Counted from the first letter of the stretch, positions 1 through 12,632 are shown. The stretch is 64,000 nt of DNA from Gemmatimonadales bacterium (GCA_037189525.1 JBBCJC010000002.1:1351450-1415449); one strand, 5' to 3'. Notes: a model not told the origin generated them from the letters alone. Numbers and translations are program-made.

Positions 1-1149
1 CCGTTTGGAAGAGCTCGAGGCAGCCCGGAAACGGCGAGCGATCACCGGGAAGGCCGATGTGATCACGCTGGCCGAGTATGCCCGCGACTATCTGATCGCC
101 AAAAGGAAAACGGGGAATGTGACGACCGGCTGGCTGGCCGCGTGTCAGAAGTTCCTTGAGCGCGCTGTGGCCTTCCTGGGTGCTGATCGACCACTCGATG
201 AGGTCCGGGTTTCGGATGTGCGCGCCTGGTCGGCCCATCTCCTGACGCATGTCGAGCTGCCGCGCACGGGGCCGAATGCCCCGAAGAACAAGGCGCCCAA
301 GTCGCTGTCGCCGGACAGCGTTAGGCGGCACCTGTTCACCCTGTCGAACCTATACCGGTTTGCGCAGGAGGCAGAGCACGTGCCTCCTGGTTTCAATCCG
401 GTTGCCTCGTTCGCGGACAAGCCGCCCAAGCCGCAGCGGTCGGCGGCCTGGTTGGAAGCGCCCGATGTCGCGTTGCTGCTGGAGAGTGCCCGCACCGTAC
501 AAACCGTGGCCACGCCATTCGCGGAGGGCTTCGATGCCGGCTTTGTTCATCCTCTCCTCGCGACGCTTGCGCTGACGGGTGGCCGCCGTGGGGAAGTGCT
601 GGGGCTAGAGCTCGATGATGTGAGCCTCGACCGCCGGACGATCACCTTCCGAGCCAATCGGTGGCGTGATCGTCTCAAAACGGGGGCGTCCTGGCGCACG
701 GTGCCGCTGTGGCCGCAGCTCGAGGGGATTCTCCGCCCCTACCTGTTCGGCCCGCGCCTGCTGCGGGGTGGTTCGCTGCTGTTCCCGTCGTTCGTCGCTG
801 GCCGCGAGCAGCCGCTGCGGGAGATTCGGCCGATGCTCGACCGGGTGGCGATGCGAGCTGGCTGGAAGGCCCGTGAGATCAACGCCCGGATGTTCCGTCA
901 CGCCTACTGCGCAGCTCGCCTCCAGACCCTGGACCACGGGGCGCCGGTCAGCGTGTACACTGTGAGCCGCGAGCTGGGCCACGGGTCAACGGATATGGTT
1001 GAGAAAGTGTATTCGCACTTGGGGACCGTGCGGCATCGGTCGGAGGAGGTTGAGTTCCGAATCGAGCAACACTTCGAGGTCCTGGGCCAGCGGCTCGAAG
1101 GCCTGCCGTTTGTTACCCGGAACGTTACCGGCGAACACTCGTTGACCGC

Positions 1150-1191
1150 AAAAGATGAAGCCCCGCCGAGCATAACGTTCGACGAGGCTTC
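1150..1191 (-). terminator. Intrinsic terminator-like hairpin downstream of tRNA-Pro
   Basis: Minus strand GAAGCCUCGUCGAAC-GUUAU-GCUCGGCGGGGCUUC followed by AUCUUUU; the mismatches become G-U pairs only on the minus strand. Confidence 0.6.
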
Positions 1192-1204
1192 ACTTTATGA
1201 TCAG

Positions 1205-1278
1205 TCGGGGCGCCGGGATTTGAACCCGGGACCTCTTGCTCCCGAAGCAAGCGCGCTACCAGGCTGCGCTACGCCCCG
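1205..1278 (-). tRNA. tRNA-Pro(CGG)
   Basis: Cloverleaf; anticodon arm CTTGC-TTCGGGA-GCAAG; T-loop GGTTCAAATCC. Confidence 0.97.
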
Positions 1279-1323
1279 TCACTGACTCACCTGCATCCTG
1301 GTTCACTACACCTGCATACCGCA

Positions 1324-1397
<74 letters not shown>

Positions 1398-1447
1398 TCA
1401 CTACTCTCGGGACGAGCCGATCAACTGGCGGGCCCTCGACATCCCAG

Positions 1448-1521
<74 letters not shown>

Positions 1522-1649
1522 TAACGTCACTCGCGGAACTGCCCCTCACGCGAGACGGACAGCGGTCTGACGAATCGGCAGCGCCGTGAACCAGCGGTGG
1601 TCACAGGTGCAGCCGTCCGACTGTCCGACTGTCCGTCTTCCAACTGCCA

Positions 1650-1723
1650 TGGCGGGGGTGGGATTTGAACCCACGACCTCCGGGTTATGAGCCCGGCGAG
1701 CTACCAGACTGCTCCACCCCGCG
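1650..1723 (-). tRNA. tRNA-Met(CAT), initiator type
   Basis: Anticodon arm CCGGG-CTCATAA-CCCGG with three G-C pairs; unpaired 1:72 position. Confidence 0.95.
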
Positions 1724-1829
1724 TCGTCCGTTGCCAGCCTCGAATCGACCCGAGCCGGCGGATTTCTCGACACCCCCAGGGTGTCACTTCTCAATCGAGT
1801 GAACCGTCCGTCCGATTCATCGACCCCAG

Positions 1830-1902
1830 AGCGGGAAACGGGACTCGAACCCGCGACCCCAACCTTGGCAAGGTTGTGCTCTACCAACTGAGCTATTCCC
1901 GC
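1830..1902 (-). tRNA. tRNA-Gly(GCC)
   Basis: Starts GCGGGAATAGCTCAGTTGG; anticodon loop TTGCCAA; T-loop GGTTCGAGTCC. Confidence 0.97.
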
Positions 1903-1989
1903 GCGTCCAGCGGGCACCCAACGTACCATCGGGTGCTTCCATTAGCAACCGTATCGGCTACCGCCCGAACGGGCTTCCGACCCGGTCAA

Positions 1990-2062
1990 TGGAGACGAGG
2001 GGGATCGAACCCCTGACCTCGTGAATGCCATTCACGCGCTCTCCCAACTGAGCTACGTCCCC
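1990..2062 (-). tRNA. tRNA-Ala(GGC)
   Basis: Anticodon arm CGTGA-ATGGCAT-TCACG; G3:U70 pair in the acceptor stem. Confidence 0.97.
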
Positions 2063-2104
2063 GGTCTTGTACCCGCTCGCGCCGCGCTTATGTTGGAGCA
2101 AAGC

Positions 2105-2134
2105 AAGCTAGCATGTCCGGCGGAGACATGTCAA
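2105..2134 (-). promoter_or_regulatory. Sigma70-type promoter of the tRNA operon
   Basis: TTGACA-N18-TAGCTT on the minus strand about 40 nt upstream of tRNA-Ala. Confidence 0.6.
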
Positions 2135-2346
2135 GCGAAACTCATGCCGTTTCCCTCGTAGATCACCGATCGGCACATGGCCTGGACCAACCCCCGAAAT
2201 TGCCATACTGGCAGGTCCGCCGCCGAGACGGACACGCACCGGTCGCCAGGCGTCGCGCGACCGGATGCCCTCCGCATAGTGACCGCCAATGATCGGGATA
2301 CACGCAAGCTGCGCAACGGCGAAACCGTCTGCGCGAACGTGATCGC

Positions 2347-3108
2347 GTGAGCACCCGCCTCGATCTCGCCGGCGTCGCACAACTGGGCTTCATCCGTCGG
2401 ACCGGCCGATGGGCCATCGATGCCTCCCGCGCGCTGGCCATGCCCCGGGTCTGGTTGCCCCAGGTCGCCGTCAACATGCGGCGGCTCGGCGTCGACTCGA
2501 TTCCGATTGCGCTCTTTCTGGCCATCTTCACGGGGATCGTCCTCGCGCTGCTCGCGTCGTACATCTTCACCGGCGCCGTGCCGCTCTACTTCGTCGGCGC
2601 GCTGGTTGCCAAGACGATCATGATGGAACTGGGTCCCGTACTGACCGGCATGGCGCTGGCCGGTCGCGTCGGCGCCAACATCGCCGCGGAACTCGGTACC
2701 ATGAAGGTGACCGAACAGGTCGACGCGCTCGAAACGCTGGCGGTCGACGTGCACGCCTATCTCGTGGTCCCGCGCGCCGTGGCGGCCACGTTGATGTTTC
2801 CCGTCGTGACGGCGATGGCCATCGGGGTCGGCGTCATTTCCGGCTGGATCACCGCGACCAATCTGCTCGACCTCTCGACCCCCGAGTTCTTCAAGGGCGT
2901 GCGTCAGTTCTATCAGTTCAAGGACATCTGGTTCGGCTTGGTCAAGAGCGCCAGCTTCGGCTGCGCCGTCGCGGTCATGGGCGCCCTGACCGGCCTGCGC
3001 ACCCAGGGCGGCGCCGAAGGGGTCGGTCGCTCCACCACCCGGGCCGTGGTGCTCGGATGCCAGGCCATCCTAGTGCTCGATGCGTTCTGGGCATTGGTTC
3101 TGCTGTGA
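2347..3108 (+). CDS. mlaE: MlaE-family ABC transporter permease
   Basis: ELGPVLTG..LAGRVGA..AAELGTMKVTEQVDAL and GGAEGVGRSTT motifs. Confidence 0.93.
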   Translation: MSTRLDLAGVAQLGFIRRTGRWAIDASRALAMPRVWLPQVAVNMRRLGVDSIPIALFLAIFTGIVLALLASYIFTGAVPLYFVGALVAKTIMMELGPVLTGMALAGRVGANIAAELGTMKVTEQVDALETLAVDVHAYLVVPRAVAATLMFPVVTAMAIGVGVISGWITATNLLDLSTPEFFKGVRQFYQFKDIWFGLVKSASFGCAVAVMGALTGLRTQGGAEGVGRSTTRAVVLGCQAILVLDAFWALVLL

Positions 3109-3118
3109 TGCCGCGCCG

Positions 3119-3841
3119 ATGATCCGATTCACCCATGTCAGCAAAGCGTTCGGCCCCAAACGGGTGCTCGAAGACGTTTCGCTCGAGATCCCGGACGGAC
3201 AGACCACGGCCCTGCTCGGGTATTCGGGTACCGGCAAGAGCGTGGCACTCAAGCTGATCGTCGGCCTGCTCGAGCCGGATGCCGGCACCGTCGAGGTCAA
3301 CGGCCAGGTGGTGGCGGACCTCTCCCGCCAGGAACTGATGGCGCTTCGGTCCACCATCGGGTTCGTCTTCCAGTTTGCCGCCCTGTTCGACTCCATGACC
3401 GTGTTCGACAACGTGGCTCTGGGCCTCCGCCAGCAGCGCGTCCCGGAGACCGACGTGACCGCGCGTGTCCAGGCCAGCCTCGAGCGGGTCGGTCTGGCGG
3501 ATGCGGCCGAGCGATTCCCGAGCGAACTCTCCGGCGGGATGCGGAAGCGGGTGGGGATTGCCCGGGCGATTGCGCTCGAGCCTCGCTACATTTTGTACGA
3601 TGAGCCGACCACCGGTCTGGACCCGGTGACGTCGGCGGTGATCGACGACCTGATGGTGCGGACAAAGCGCGACCTCGGTGTGACGGGCGTGATGGTGACG
3701 CACGACATGCGCAGCGCGTTTGCCGTGGCCGATCGGATCGCGATGCTGTACCAGGGACGGATCCACGCCGTCGGCACCGTGGACGAAATTCGGCGGACCG
3801 ACGACCCGATCGTCCGCCAGTTCATCGAAGGACGGCCATGA
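3119..3841 (+). CDS. mlaF: MlaF-family ABC transporter ATP-binding protein
   Basis: Walker A GYSGTGKS, LSGGMRKRV, YDEPTTGLDP; lies between mlaE and mlaD. Confidence 0.93.
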   Translation: MIRFTHVSKAFGPKRVLEDVSLEIPDGQTTALLGYSGTGKSVALKLIVGLLEPDAGTVEVNGQVVADLSRQELMALRSTIGFVFQFAALFDSMTVFDNVALGLRQQRVPETDVTARVQASLERVGLADAAERFPSELSGGMRKRVGIARAIALEPRYILYDEPTTGLDPVTSAVIDDLMVRTKRDLGVTGVMVTHDMRSAFAVADRIAMLYQGRIHAVGTVDEIRRTDDPIVRQFIEGRP

Positions 3842-4845
3842 AGCGACAGAATGAATTCCTGGTCGGTATTTCCGTGATCATCGCGTTTGCCGCGGTGGTG
3901 GGCGGAGCCATCTGGCTTTCCGAGAGCGACCTGGGCAATCCGCAGGAGATCTCCACCGTCCGCTTTCGCGAAGTCGGCGGGCTCGGCGTCGGCGCGCCCG
4001 TCACGGTGCGCGGCGTCAAAGTCGGGCGCGTCAATGCCATCCGGCTCGCCGCCAACGACTGGGTCGAAGCCGATCTGCGCATCGGCGCCGATGTGATCCT
4101 GCCCAAACGTCCCGTGGCGATCGCCGCCTCCGGCAGCCTCTTCGGCGAATGGCAAGTGACGGTGGTCGACTTCGATGCCACGCCGCTCGACCCGGCGCTC
4201 CGCCAGCAGCTGACGGAGTCCGGCGCACCTGGCGGCGCTGCATGGCCCGGCGCCACGCTGCCCGATATCGGCCAGCTGACTCAGCAGGCCAGCCGGATTG
4301 CCTCCGACATCGGTCTGGTGACCAACCGGGTGTCCGGCGCGCTCGATTCCGCCGCCGTCACCGATGTGCGCCAGAGCCTACGCGCCTTGCGGGAGGCGGC
4401 CGACGGTCTGGCCCAATTTGCCCGCCAGCAGACCGGACCGTTCAATCAGCTGGCCAACAACCTCGCGGCCACCTCGGTCGAGGTCGGCGCCGCGTCGGAA
4501 CGGGTCAACACGCTGCTCGGTCGCGTCGACGAAGCCACCAAAGACGGCCAGCTCGCCACCATTCTCAACTCGGCGCAGTCGACCATGGGCGACCTCCGTT
4601 CGGCCTCGAACGACGCCAAGGAACTGGTCGCCGTGATCCGCGGGCACGAACAGACGCTGAGCCGGATCATGCAGACCACCGATACGCTGCTCACCAAGGT
4701 GCAGACGGGCCAGGGAAGTCTCGGCCTGCTCGCCCGCGATTCGTCGTTGTACCTGGAGACGACCGCTGCCATTGCCCAGATGCGGCAGCTGCTGGCGGAT
4801 ATCCAGGCCAATCCGCGCCGCTACTTCCGCTTCTCGGTCTTCTGA
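3838..4845 (+). CDS. mlaD: MlaD/MCE-family protein
   Basis: N-terminal [20 protein letters not shown] motif, long helical region. Confidence 0.9.
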   Translation: MKRQNEFLVGISVIIAFAAVVGGAIWLSESDLGNPQEISTVRFREVGGLGVGAPVTVRGVKVGRVNAIRLAANDWVEADLRIGADVILPKRPVAIAASGSLFGEWQVTVVDFDATPLDPALRQQLTESGAPGGAAWPGATLPDIGQLTQQASRIASDIGLVTNRVSGALDSAAVTDVRQSLRALREAADGLAQFARQQTGPFNQLANNLAATSVEVGAASERVNTLLGRVDEATKDGQLATILNSAQSTMGDLRSASNDAKELVAVIRGHEQTLSRIMQTTDTLLTKVQTGQGSLGLLARDSSLYLETTAAIAQMRQLLADIQANPRRYFRFSVF

Positions 4846-4847
4846 GC

Positions 4848-5345
4848 ATGGCCGACGCGCCACGCTCGGAATCCCGGTCCGGTCAGGGCCGCGCCCGTCG
4901 CGCCAAGAAGGAAGTGAGCGCGGGGGGAGTGGTCTTTCGCCGCAGCGGGCAGGGGCCGCGCTTCCTGCTGATTCGCGATAGCTACGGACACTGGGGCTTT
5001 CCCAAGGGCCATCTGGAGCCGGGAGAAACCCCCGCCGAAGCCGCCATCCGGGAAACGACCGAGGAAACCGGGCTTGAGACGCTGGTGCTCCACCGGCCCC
5101 TCGACACGATCGACTGGTATTTCCGGCTGCGCGGCAAGCTAATCCATAAGTTCTGTCATTTCTTTCTGCTCGAGTCCGAGGCCGGCGATCCCACGCCGCA
5201 ACAGGACGAGGGAATCACCGAATGCGCCTGGTACTCGCTCGACGAGGCCGTGGCCGCCATCGGATACCAGAACGCCCGCAGCGTGCTGCGCGGCGCCGGC
5301 GAGGCGACCCGCGCCGTGCTGGAAGGACCCGGGCAGGAACGCTGA
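4848..5345 (+). CDS. NUDIX hydrolase (Ap4A hydrolase-like)
   Basis: [27 protein letters not shown]udix box. Confidence 0.88.
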   Translation: MADAPRSESRSGQGRARRAKKEVSAGGVVFRRSGQGPRFLLIRDSYGHWGFPKGHLEPGETPAEAAIRETTEETGLETLVLHRPLDTIDWYFRLRGKLIHKFCHFFLLESEAGDPTPQQDEGITECAWYSLDEAVAAIGYQNARSVLRGAGEATRAVLEGPGQER

Positions 5346-5391
5346 CGCCTGCCGGCACATCACAGGCGAGCCAACGAGGCGATAGCTGCGG

Positions 5392-6174
5392 ATGCGCGTC
5401 GTGAATACGGTAGCCACGCTGCTGGACACTTCCGCCGCGCTGCAGTCGCTGCGCCGATCGCTGCCGGTGCGACGGACCAAAGTGCGCGGCTGCCGTTCCG
5501 CTAGCGCTCTGCTCGGCTTGCTCGAATCCACTCTGGTCGACGCCGTCGTGGTCGGCACCGCAGCCTACCGGCGCGACGGGCTCGCGGCACTCCGGGCCCG
5601 GTTTCCCAACATCCCGATCGTGCTCTTCGGCGCGGTTCGCCCCGATGATGCCCGCATGCTGGTCGAGGCAGGGCGATCGGAATCCATTCGCGGTGTCCTG
5701 GTCGAGGGCGTCGACGACCCCATGGCGGGTGAACTGGTTGCCCGGTCTGGCTATCTGGCCACTCGGCGGACGCGCCTGGCGCATCTCCCCAAGCTGCTTC
5801 GGCTGACCGAACCCCTCCAGTTGCGGGCCTTCGAACTGCTCCTGTCGGCCGCAGGCCCTCCACCTACAACTGACGGACTGGCCGCCGCCCTGGGCGTGAG
5901 CCGAGAACACCTGTCGCGGCAGTTCGCCGCCGGGGGGGCGCCTAATCTCAAGCGGATCATAGGCTTACTCGTCGTGCTCACGGCCCGTGACCTGCTGGCC
6001 AACCCGGGGTATTCGCCTGCCTCGGTCGCCGCCCTGCTCGGGTTCGGCCGGCCCGGGCAACTTCGCGACACGGTCGATCGGGTAGCTGGCCTGTCCCTAG
6101 ATGATTTGAGCCGCCCCGATGCGCCCGACCCGATCCGCCGTTTTCTGGGCGCCAGATCCCGCAGCCGCCGCTAA
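5392..6174 (+). CDS. AraC-family HTH regulator with degenerate receiver-like N-terminus
   Basis: LAAALGVSREHLSRQF and VAALLGF double HTH. Confidence 0.75.
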   Translation: MRVVNTVATLLDTSAALQSLRRSLPVRRTKVRGCRSASALLGLLESTLVDAVVVGTAAYRRDGLAALRARFPNIPIVLFGAVRPDDARMLVEAGRSESIRGVLVEGVDDPMAGELVARSGYLATRRTRLAHLPKLLRLTEPLQLRAFELLLSAAGPPPTTDGLAAALGVSREHLSRQFAAGGAPNLKRIIGLLVVLTARDLLANPGYSPASVAALLGFGRPGQLRDTVDRVAGLSLDDLSRPDAPDPIRRFLGARSRSRR

Positions 6175-6192
6175 GATTCTGCCCCGGTCGGC

Positions 6193-6220
6193 TTGCAAGT
6201 CCGGAGGATTGTGATATTTT
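6193..6220 (+). promoter_or_regulatory. Candidate promoter for atpAGDC
   Basis: TTGCAA-N16-TATTTT with a TG extension, about 50 nt before atpA. Confidence 0.4.
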
Positions 6221-6270
6221 TCACAAGCTATACTCTGACTTGACCAAATCATCTCAACGCACTGACGACG

Positions 6271-7848
6271 ATGGCCACAGAATCCACGCTGCGACCCGGT
6301 GAAATCAAGGACATCCTCCTCAAGGAGATCGCGGCTGCCGACCTGGGATCGGTCGATACGGCTGAGGTCGGAACCACGCTGGAGGTGCGTGACGGGGTAG
6401 CCCGGGTCTACGGACTCCGCTCCGCCGTTGCGGGTGAAATGCTCGAGTTCACTTCGGCCGGGACGGGCGAAGTCGTCACGGGTCTGGTGCTCAACCTGGA
6501 GCAGGACAACGTCGGCGCCGTCATTCTGGGCGATTACCTCAAGCTCAAAGAGGGCGACCAGGTCCGCTGCACCGGCCGCCTCCTTGAGGTGCCCACCGGC
6601 GACGCCATGCTCGGTCGCGTCGTCAACGCACTGGGCCAGCCGGTCGACGGCCGAGGCCCGATTGCGACCAAGACGACCCGTCCGGTCGAGATGATCGCCC
6701 CGGGCATCATCGTGCGTCAGCCGGTGAAAGAGCCGCTTCAGACCGGGCTCAAGGCCGTCGACTCGATGATTCCGATCGGGCGCGGTCAGCGCGAGCTGAT
6801 CATCGGCGACCGCGGCACCGGTAAGACGGCCATCGCGATCGATACGATCATCAATCAGAAGGGCCAGGGCGTCGTCTGCGTCTACGTCGCGATCGGGCAG
6901 AAGCGCTCGACCGTGGCTACCGTGGTGGAACGTCTCAAGGCTGCCGGCGCGATGGAGTACACCATCGTCGTCGTTGCCTCCGCCTCCGATCCGGCGCCGC
7001 TCCAGTACATCGCGCCCTATACCGGTTGCGCGCTGGCTGAGCACTTCATGTACGAAGACGGCAAGCCGACGCTCTGCGTCTACGACGACTTGTCCAAGCA
7101 GGCCGCTGCGTACCGTCAGCTCTCCCTGATTCTCCGCCGCCCGCCGGGCCGCGAAGCCTATCCGGGTGACGTCTTCTACCTGCACAGTCGCTTGCTCGAG
7201 CGCGCCGCCAAGATCTCGGAAGATCCGAACGTCGTGAAGCTCGACAGCCGGATCAAGAAGCCGGGCGGATCGCTCACCGCGTTGCCGATCATCGAAACCC
7301 AGGCCGGCGACGTCTCGGCGTACATCCCGACCAACGTGATTTCGATTACGGACGGTCAGATCTACCTGACGACCGACCTCTTCTTCTCCAACGTGCGCCC
7401 CGCCGTCGACGCCGGTATCTCGGTCAGTCGTGTCGGTGGTAACGCGCAGATCAAGGCGATGAAGCAGGTGGCCGGTCCGCTCCGGTTGGCGCTGGCGCAG
7501 TTCCGCGAACTCGAAGCGTTTGCGCAGTTCGGCTCCGATCTCGATCAGGCCACGCAGCGGCAGCTGGCGCGCGGCGCCCGGCTGGTCGAAATCTTCAAGC
7601 AGCCCCAGTACCAGCCGATGCCGGTCGAGCAGCAGGTCGTGATCATCTACGCGGTGACCAACGGCCATCTCGATTCGGTCGACGTCAAGCACGTGCGGCA
7701 GTGGGAGCGGGACTTCCTGGCCTACGTCGGTGCACAGCACGGCGGCATCTTCGAGACGATTCGCACCAAGAAGACGCTCGATGATTCCCAGAAGGCCCAG
7801 ATCGAGCAGGCCATCGCATCGTTCAAGCCGCTCTTCAAGCCTGAATAA
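6271..7848 (+). CDS. atpA: F1Fo ATP synthase subunit alpha
   Basis: [30 protein letters not shown]. Confidence 0.98.
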   Translation: MATESTLRPGEIKDILLKEIAAADLGSVDTAEVGTTLEVRDGVARVYGLRSAVAGEMLEFTSAGTGEVVTGLVLNLEQDNVGAVILGDYLKLKEGDQVRCTGRLLEVPTGDAMLGRVVNALGQPVDGRGPIATKTTRPVEMIAPGIIVRQPVKEPLQTGLKAVDSMIPIGRGQRELIIGDRGTGKTAIAIDTIINQKGQGVVCVYVAIGQKRSTVATVVERLKAAGAMEYTIVVVASASDPAPLQYIAPYTGCALAEHFMYEDGKPTLCVYDDLSKQAAAYRQLSLILRRPPGREAYPGDVFYLHSRLLERAAKISEDPNVVKLDSRIKKPGGSLTALPIIETQAGDVSAYIPTNVISITDGQIYLTTDLFFSNVRPAVDAGISVSRVGGNAQIKAMKQVAGPLRLALAQFRELEAFAQFGSDLDQATQRQLARGARLVEIFKQPQYQPMPVEQQVVIIYAVTNGHLDSVDVKHVRQWERDFLAYVGAQHGGIFETIRTKKTLDDSQKAQIEQAIASFKPLFKPE

Positions 7849-8723
7849 TGTCCAAGAATCGGCAGCTCAAGGGCCGGATGCGGGCGGTTCAGAATACCCG
7901 CAAGATCACCCGGACGATGGAGCTGGTCGCGACGTCGAAGCTGAAGCGCGCCCAGGACCGCGTCATCGCGGCGCGCCCGTACGCGGAAGCGTTGCGTGAG
8001 GTGATTGCCGACCTGATGACGCCGGAGTTGGCGGAACGGTTTCCGCTGCTGCGCCGTCCGGCGCCGCCTGCGCAGGGCGGGCCGGTGCGCGCGGCGGTGG
8101 TCCTGGTCACCGCCAATCGCGGCCTGGCCGGCGCCTTCAACAGCAATCTGATCAAGGAAGCCCGGCGCCGGATTGCCGAGCTGGAAGAGCAGGGCTACAC
8201 CGTCGAGCTGCACGCGGTGGGGAAGAAGGGCGCCGGGTACTTCAAGTATCTCGGTCGTACGCTGGCTGCGGATCGGCAGGACGTCGGCGACAAGCCGACG
8301 GCCGACCACGCCGCGAGCATCGTCGAGGGACTGATTGCCGATTATGAGGCCGGCAAACTCGCCAGCGTCGATCTGGTGCACGCCAAGTTCGTGAGCGCGA
8401 TCTCGACTCCGCCGACGACCACCCGGGTGCTCCCGGTCGAGGCGCCGACCGATCAGAAGGTGCGGCCGGATTACATCCTCGAGCCGGGCCCGGACGAGAT
8501 CCTCGAGAAGCTGCTGCCGCTTTACGTCAGGAACTCGGTCTATCGCGGCCTGGTCGAAACAGTGGCCGGGTTCTACGGTTCGCAGCGGACCGCGATGAAG
8601 AACGCGACCGATAACGCCGGTGAAATTCTCGAGCATTTGAAGCGGACCTTCAACCGCAACCGTCAGGCGCAGATCACGCAGGAAATCGCGGAGATCGTCG
8701 GCGGCGCAGCGGCGTTGGGCTGA
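7848..8723 (+). CDS. atpG: F1Fo ATP synthase subunit gamma
   Basis: KITRTMELVA; RQAQITQEIAEIVGGA. Confidence 0.98.
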   Translation: MSKNRQLKGRMRAVQNTRKITRTMELVATSKLKRAQDRVIAARPYAEALREVIADLMTPELAERFPLLRRPAPPAQGGPVRAAVVLVTANRGLAGAFNSNLIKEARRRIAELEEQGYTVELHAVGKKGAGYFKYLGRTLAADRQDVGDKPTADHAASIVEGLIADYEAGKLASVDLVHAKFVSAISTPPTTTRVLPVEAPTDQKVRPDYILEPGPDEILEKLLPLYVRNSVYRGLVETVAGFYGSQRTAMKNATDNAGEILEHLKRTFNRNRQAQITQEIAEIVGGAAALG

Positions 8724-8760
8724 TCTCACATACGGAGCAGCTACGGTGCGATCGGTGTGA

Positions 8761-10496
<1,736 letters not shown>

Positions 10497-10525
10497 GCCG
10501 GCGCCCCACTCGAGGGAGACAATCG

Positions 10526-11134
10526 ATGTTTCGTAAAGCTCTCGTACTCGGCGGGCTGGCGCTTGCCGTTGGTGGCGGCGCAATCGACCTGGTGGCGCAG
10601 TCCACCGGCACCCCCGTCTTTCAAGCCCCGTATCGGGCGTTTCAGCGAGTCGAGTTTGGCGGGACCATCTCCGACCCGGGCTACGGGCTCGCTGCGGAGG
10701 GGTTCTACCGCTTCGGACAGCGGCGCTGGGATGTCGGCCTGCGGGGCGGTTTCCACGACGGTCGCGGCTCCGATACCCGGCTGCTGTTAGGCGCCGATTT
10801 CCGCACCCGGGTGCTCGATCATTCGACGGACTTTCCCTTCGACGGGGCCTTTACGGTCGGGGTGGGCGGCAACTTCGGCGACGGACGCTCGACGATGTTC
10901 GTGCCGGTCGGGATTTCGCTCGGTCGCCGGGTGCAGCTCGAGGACTCGGATGTCGAGTTCGTTCCCTTCGTCCACCCCGTGCTGGTACCCGCTTTCGGCG
11001 GTGGAGACAGCGACCTGCTGTTCGGCCTGGGTTTGGGCATCGACATCGCGTTCAACCGCCGGTTCGAACTGCGGGTCAGCGCGGGTATCGGTGACTACGA
11101 CGGCGTCGCAGTCAGCTTCGCATTCACCCGATAG
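10526..11134 (+). CDS. Secreted outer-membrane beta-barrel-like protein
   Basis: Signal peptide, Gly-rich amphipathic strands, C-terminus SFAFTR; RBS GAGGGAG. Confidence 0.7.
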   Translation: MFRKALVLGGLALAVGGGAIDLVAQSTGTPVFQAPYRAFQRVEFGGTISDPGYGLAAEGFYRFGQRRWDVGLRGGFHDGRGSDTRLLLGADFRTRVLDHSTDFPFDGAFTVGVGGNFGDGRSTMFVPVGISLGRRVQLEDSDVEFVPFVHPVLVPAFGGGDSDLLFGLGLGIDIAFNRRFELRVSAGIGDYDGVAVSFAFTR

Positions 11135-11279
11135 TGATTTGATCCGCGGGGCAGGTCAGGGGCCCGCCGGTTACCCCGTGTCGCATCGGAGTCCCGGGCT
11201 CGTTGCCTCGGGACTCCGCGCCGTTTTGGGCCTCCGATCGTGGCATGACGGTTGTCGCAGGCAGTCAGGAGAGTGGGAC

Positions 11280-11957
11280 ATGAAGCAGATTCTGATCGGA
11301 ATCCTGATGGCGGGGGTGGCGCTGCCACTCGCTGCGCAGGCGCCGGGCCTTCCGGTGGTCAATGCGGGTGTGGCCAGCGGTATCAAGGTCGGCACGCTGG
11401 TGGGGCGCGGCAACGACGGGGCGGGCGCCGGGACCACCCTCGCGGTCAACGGGAGTATCGGTTCTCGGCGCGCCTCGGTGGGCGGATACGTCGCGCGAAT
11501 GAGCGGCTCGAACTGGAGCGAGGAGGCGATCTACGCACCTGGCGTGGTCGGCGGCTATCGTCTGGCGGGCGGGCCGCTCGTGCCGGTGGCGGTCAACCTG
11601 CAGGCCGGCGCCGGGCGGCATTCGGTGCCGATCGGTATCGGCGGCGAGCGGGTCTCCGTCTGGCAGGTGCCCGTGGGTGTGGGCATCTCGTGGACCATTC
11701 CGCAACCTGCCCTGGCCATCAAGCCGTGGGTTGCGCCGCGTGTGCAGTACAGTCGGCAGAGCAGGCCTGCAACCGTGCTCGCCGCCGGGGCGGGGAGCGT
11801 CACCACTACGGATGTCGCATTCGGACTCAGTGGTGGGGTCGCCTTCGGCCTGCTCAACGGGGTCGGAATCGATCTGGCAGTCGACCGTGTCTTCGATGAC
11901 CGGCTGACGTCGAAACCGACCACGGTTGGTGTCGGAGTCAGCCTCAACCTGAAGTAG
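11280..11957 (+). CDS. Secreted outer-membrane beta-barrel-like protein
   Basis: Starts MKQILIG with signal peptide ending LAA-Q; paralogous motifs shared with the next gene. Confidence 0.7.
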   Translation: MKQILIGILMAGVALPLAAQAPGLPVVNAGVASGIKVGTLVGRGNDGAGAGTTLAVNGSIGSRRASVGGYVARMSGSNWSEEAIYAPGVVGGYRLAGGPLVPVAVNLQAGAGRHSVPIGIGGERVSVWQVPVGVGISWTIPQPALAIKPWVAPRVQYSRQSRPATVLAAGAGSVTTTDVAFGLSGGVAFGLLNGVGIDLAVDRVFDDRLTSKPTTVGVGVSLNLK

Positions 11958-11975
11958 AGGAAGAGGAGGTGCATC

Positions 11976-12632
11976 ATTCGACCGACCATCTTCGCGGCTT
12001 TGTTCTTGGCCGGTATGACTCTAGTTTCCGACGCAACTGCCCAGATCTCGGGCATTCCGATTCGGAACGCCGGTGTGACCGGCGGATTTGGCCTCGCGGC
12101 CGATGTGGGGTTTGGCAGCATCAAGCGTCCCGGTGACAACGATAAGTCCCGTGCCCTTGGAGTGACCGGTGCGCTGGGCTTCGGACCGCTCGGTCTGTCG
12201 GCTGGGCTGATCCGGACCACGATCGATCCGGTCATGGGTCCGAACGTCAGCCAGACGTCGCTTGCGGCAGCTGCCCAGTTTGCGGTGTTCGGCGGCCCCC
12301 TGGTGCCGCTCAAGGTGACATGGCAGGCCGGCGTGGTGCAGCCGTTCGATGCCCCTGAAGGCGGTTCCAAGCCGTGGCGCGGCCATCTTGGGATTGGGGC
12401 GGCTTTTGCCATTCCGGCCGTCGCCGTGTCGATTCGGCCCTGGATTGCTCCGCGGGTCGATCTGATTCGGGTCGACGGTACGCAGGTCAAAGGTGCGGTG
12501 AGCGGCGGGATCGATTTCGGATTGCTATCGGGCCTCGGTTTCCGATTGGCGTACGACAGCCGTCTGGGCTGGGCCGGCGACGATCAGCCCGCATCCGGTT
12601 TCAGTGTCGGCGTGGGTTATCACTTTCGGTGA
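11976..12632 (+). CDS. Secreted outer-membrane beta-barrel-like protein (start uncertain: ATT 11976 or TTG 12000)
   Basis: Shares GGPLVP..V..QAG, IRPWIAPRV and FGLL.G.G motifs with 11280..11957. Confidence 0.65.
   Translation: MRPTIFAALFLAGMTLVSDATAQISGIPIRNAGVTGGFGLAADVGFGSIKRPGDNDKSRALGVTGALGFGPLGLSAGLIRTTIDPVMGPNVSQTSLAAAAQFAVFGGPLVPLKVTWQAGVVQPFDAPEGGSKPWRGHLGIGAAFAIPAVAVSIRPWIAPRVDLIRVDGTQVKGAVSGGIDFGLLSGLGFRLAYDSRLGWAGDDQPASGFSVGVGYHFR

Larger units (their letters stand above)
5..1285 (+). mobile_element. Tyrosine recombinase/integrase of an element inserted at tRNA-Pro (frame is open to the window edge, so the 5' end is probably missing)
   Basis: Catalytic motifs TGGRRGEVLGL, RMFRH, ELGH and VYSH; abuts and overlaps a tRNA 3' end. 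Confidence 0.9.

Noticed and set aside
1546..2016. ORFs 1546..1929(-) and 1687..2016(+)
   Set aside because: They are translations of tRNA genes, not proteins.
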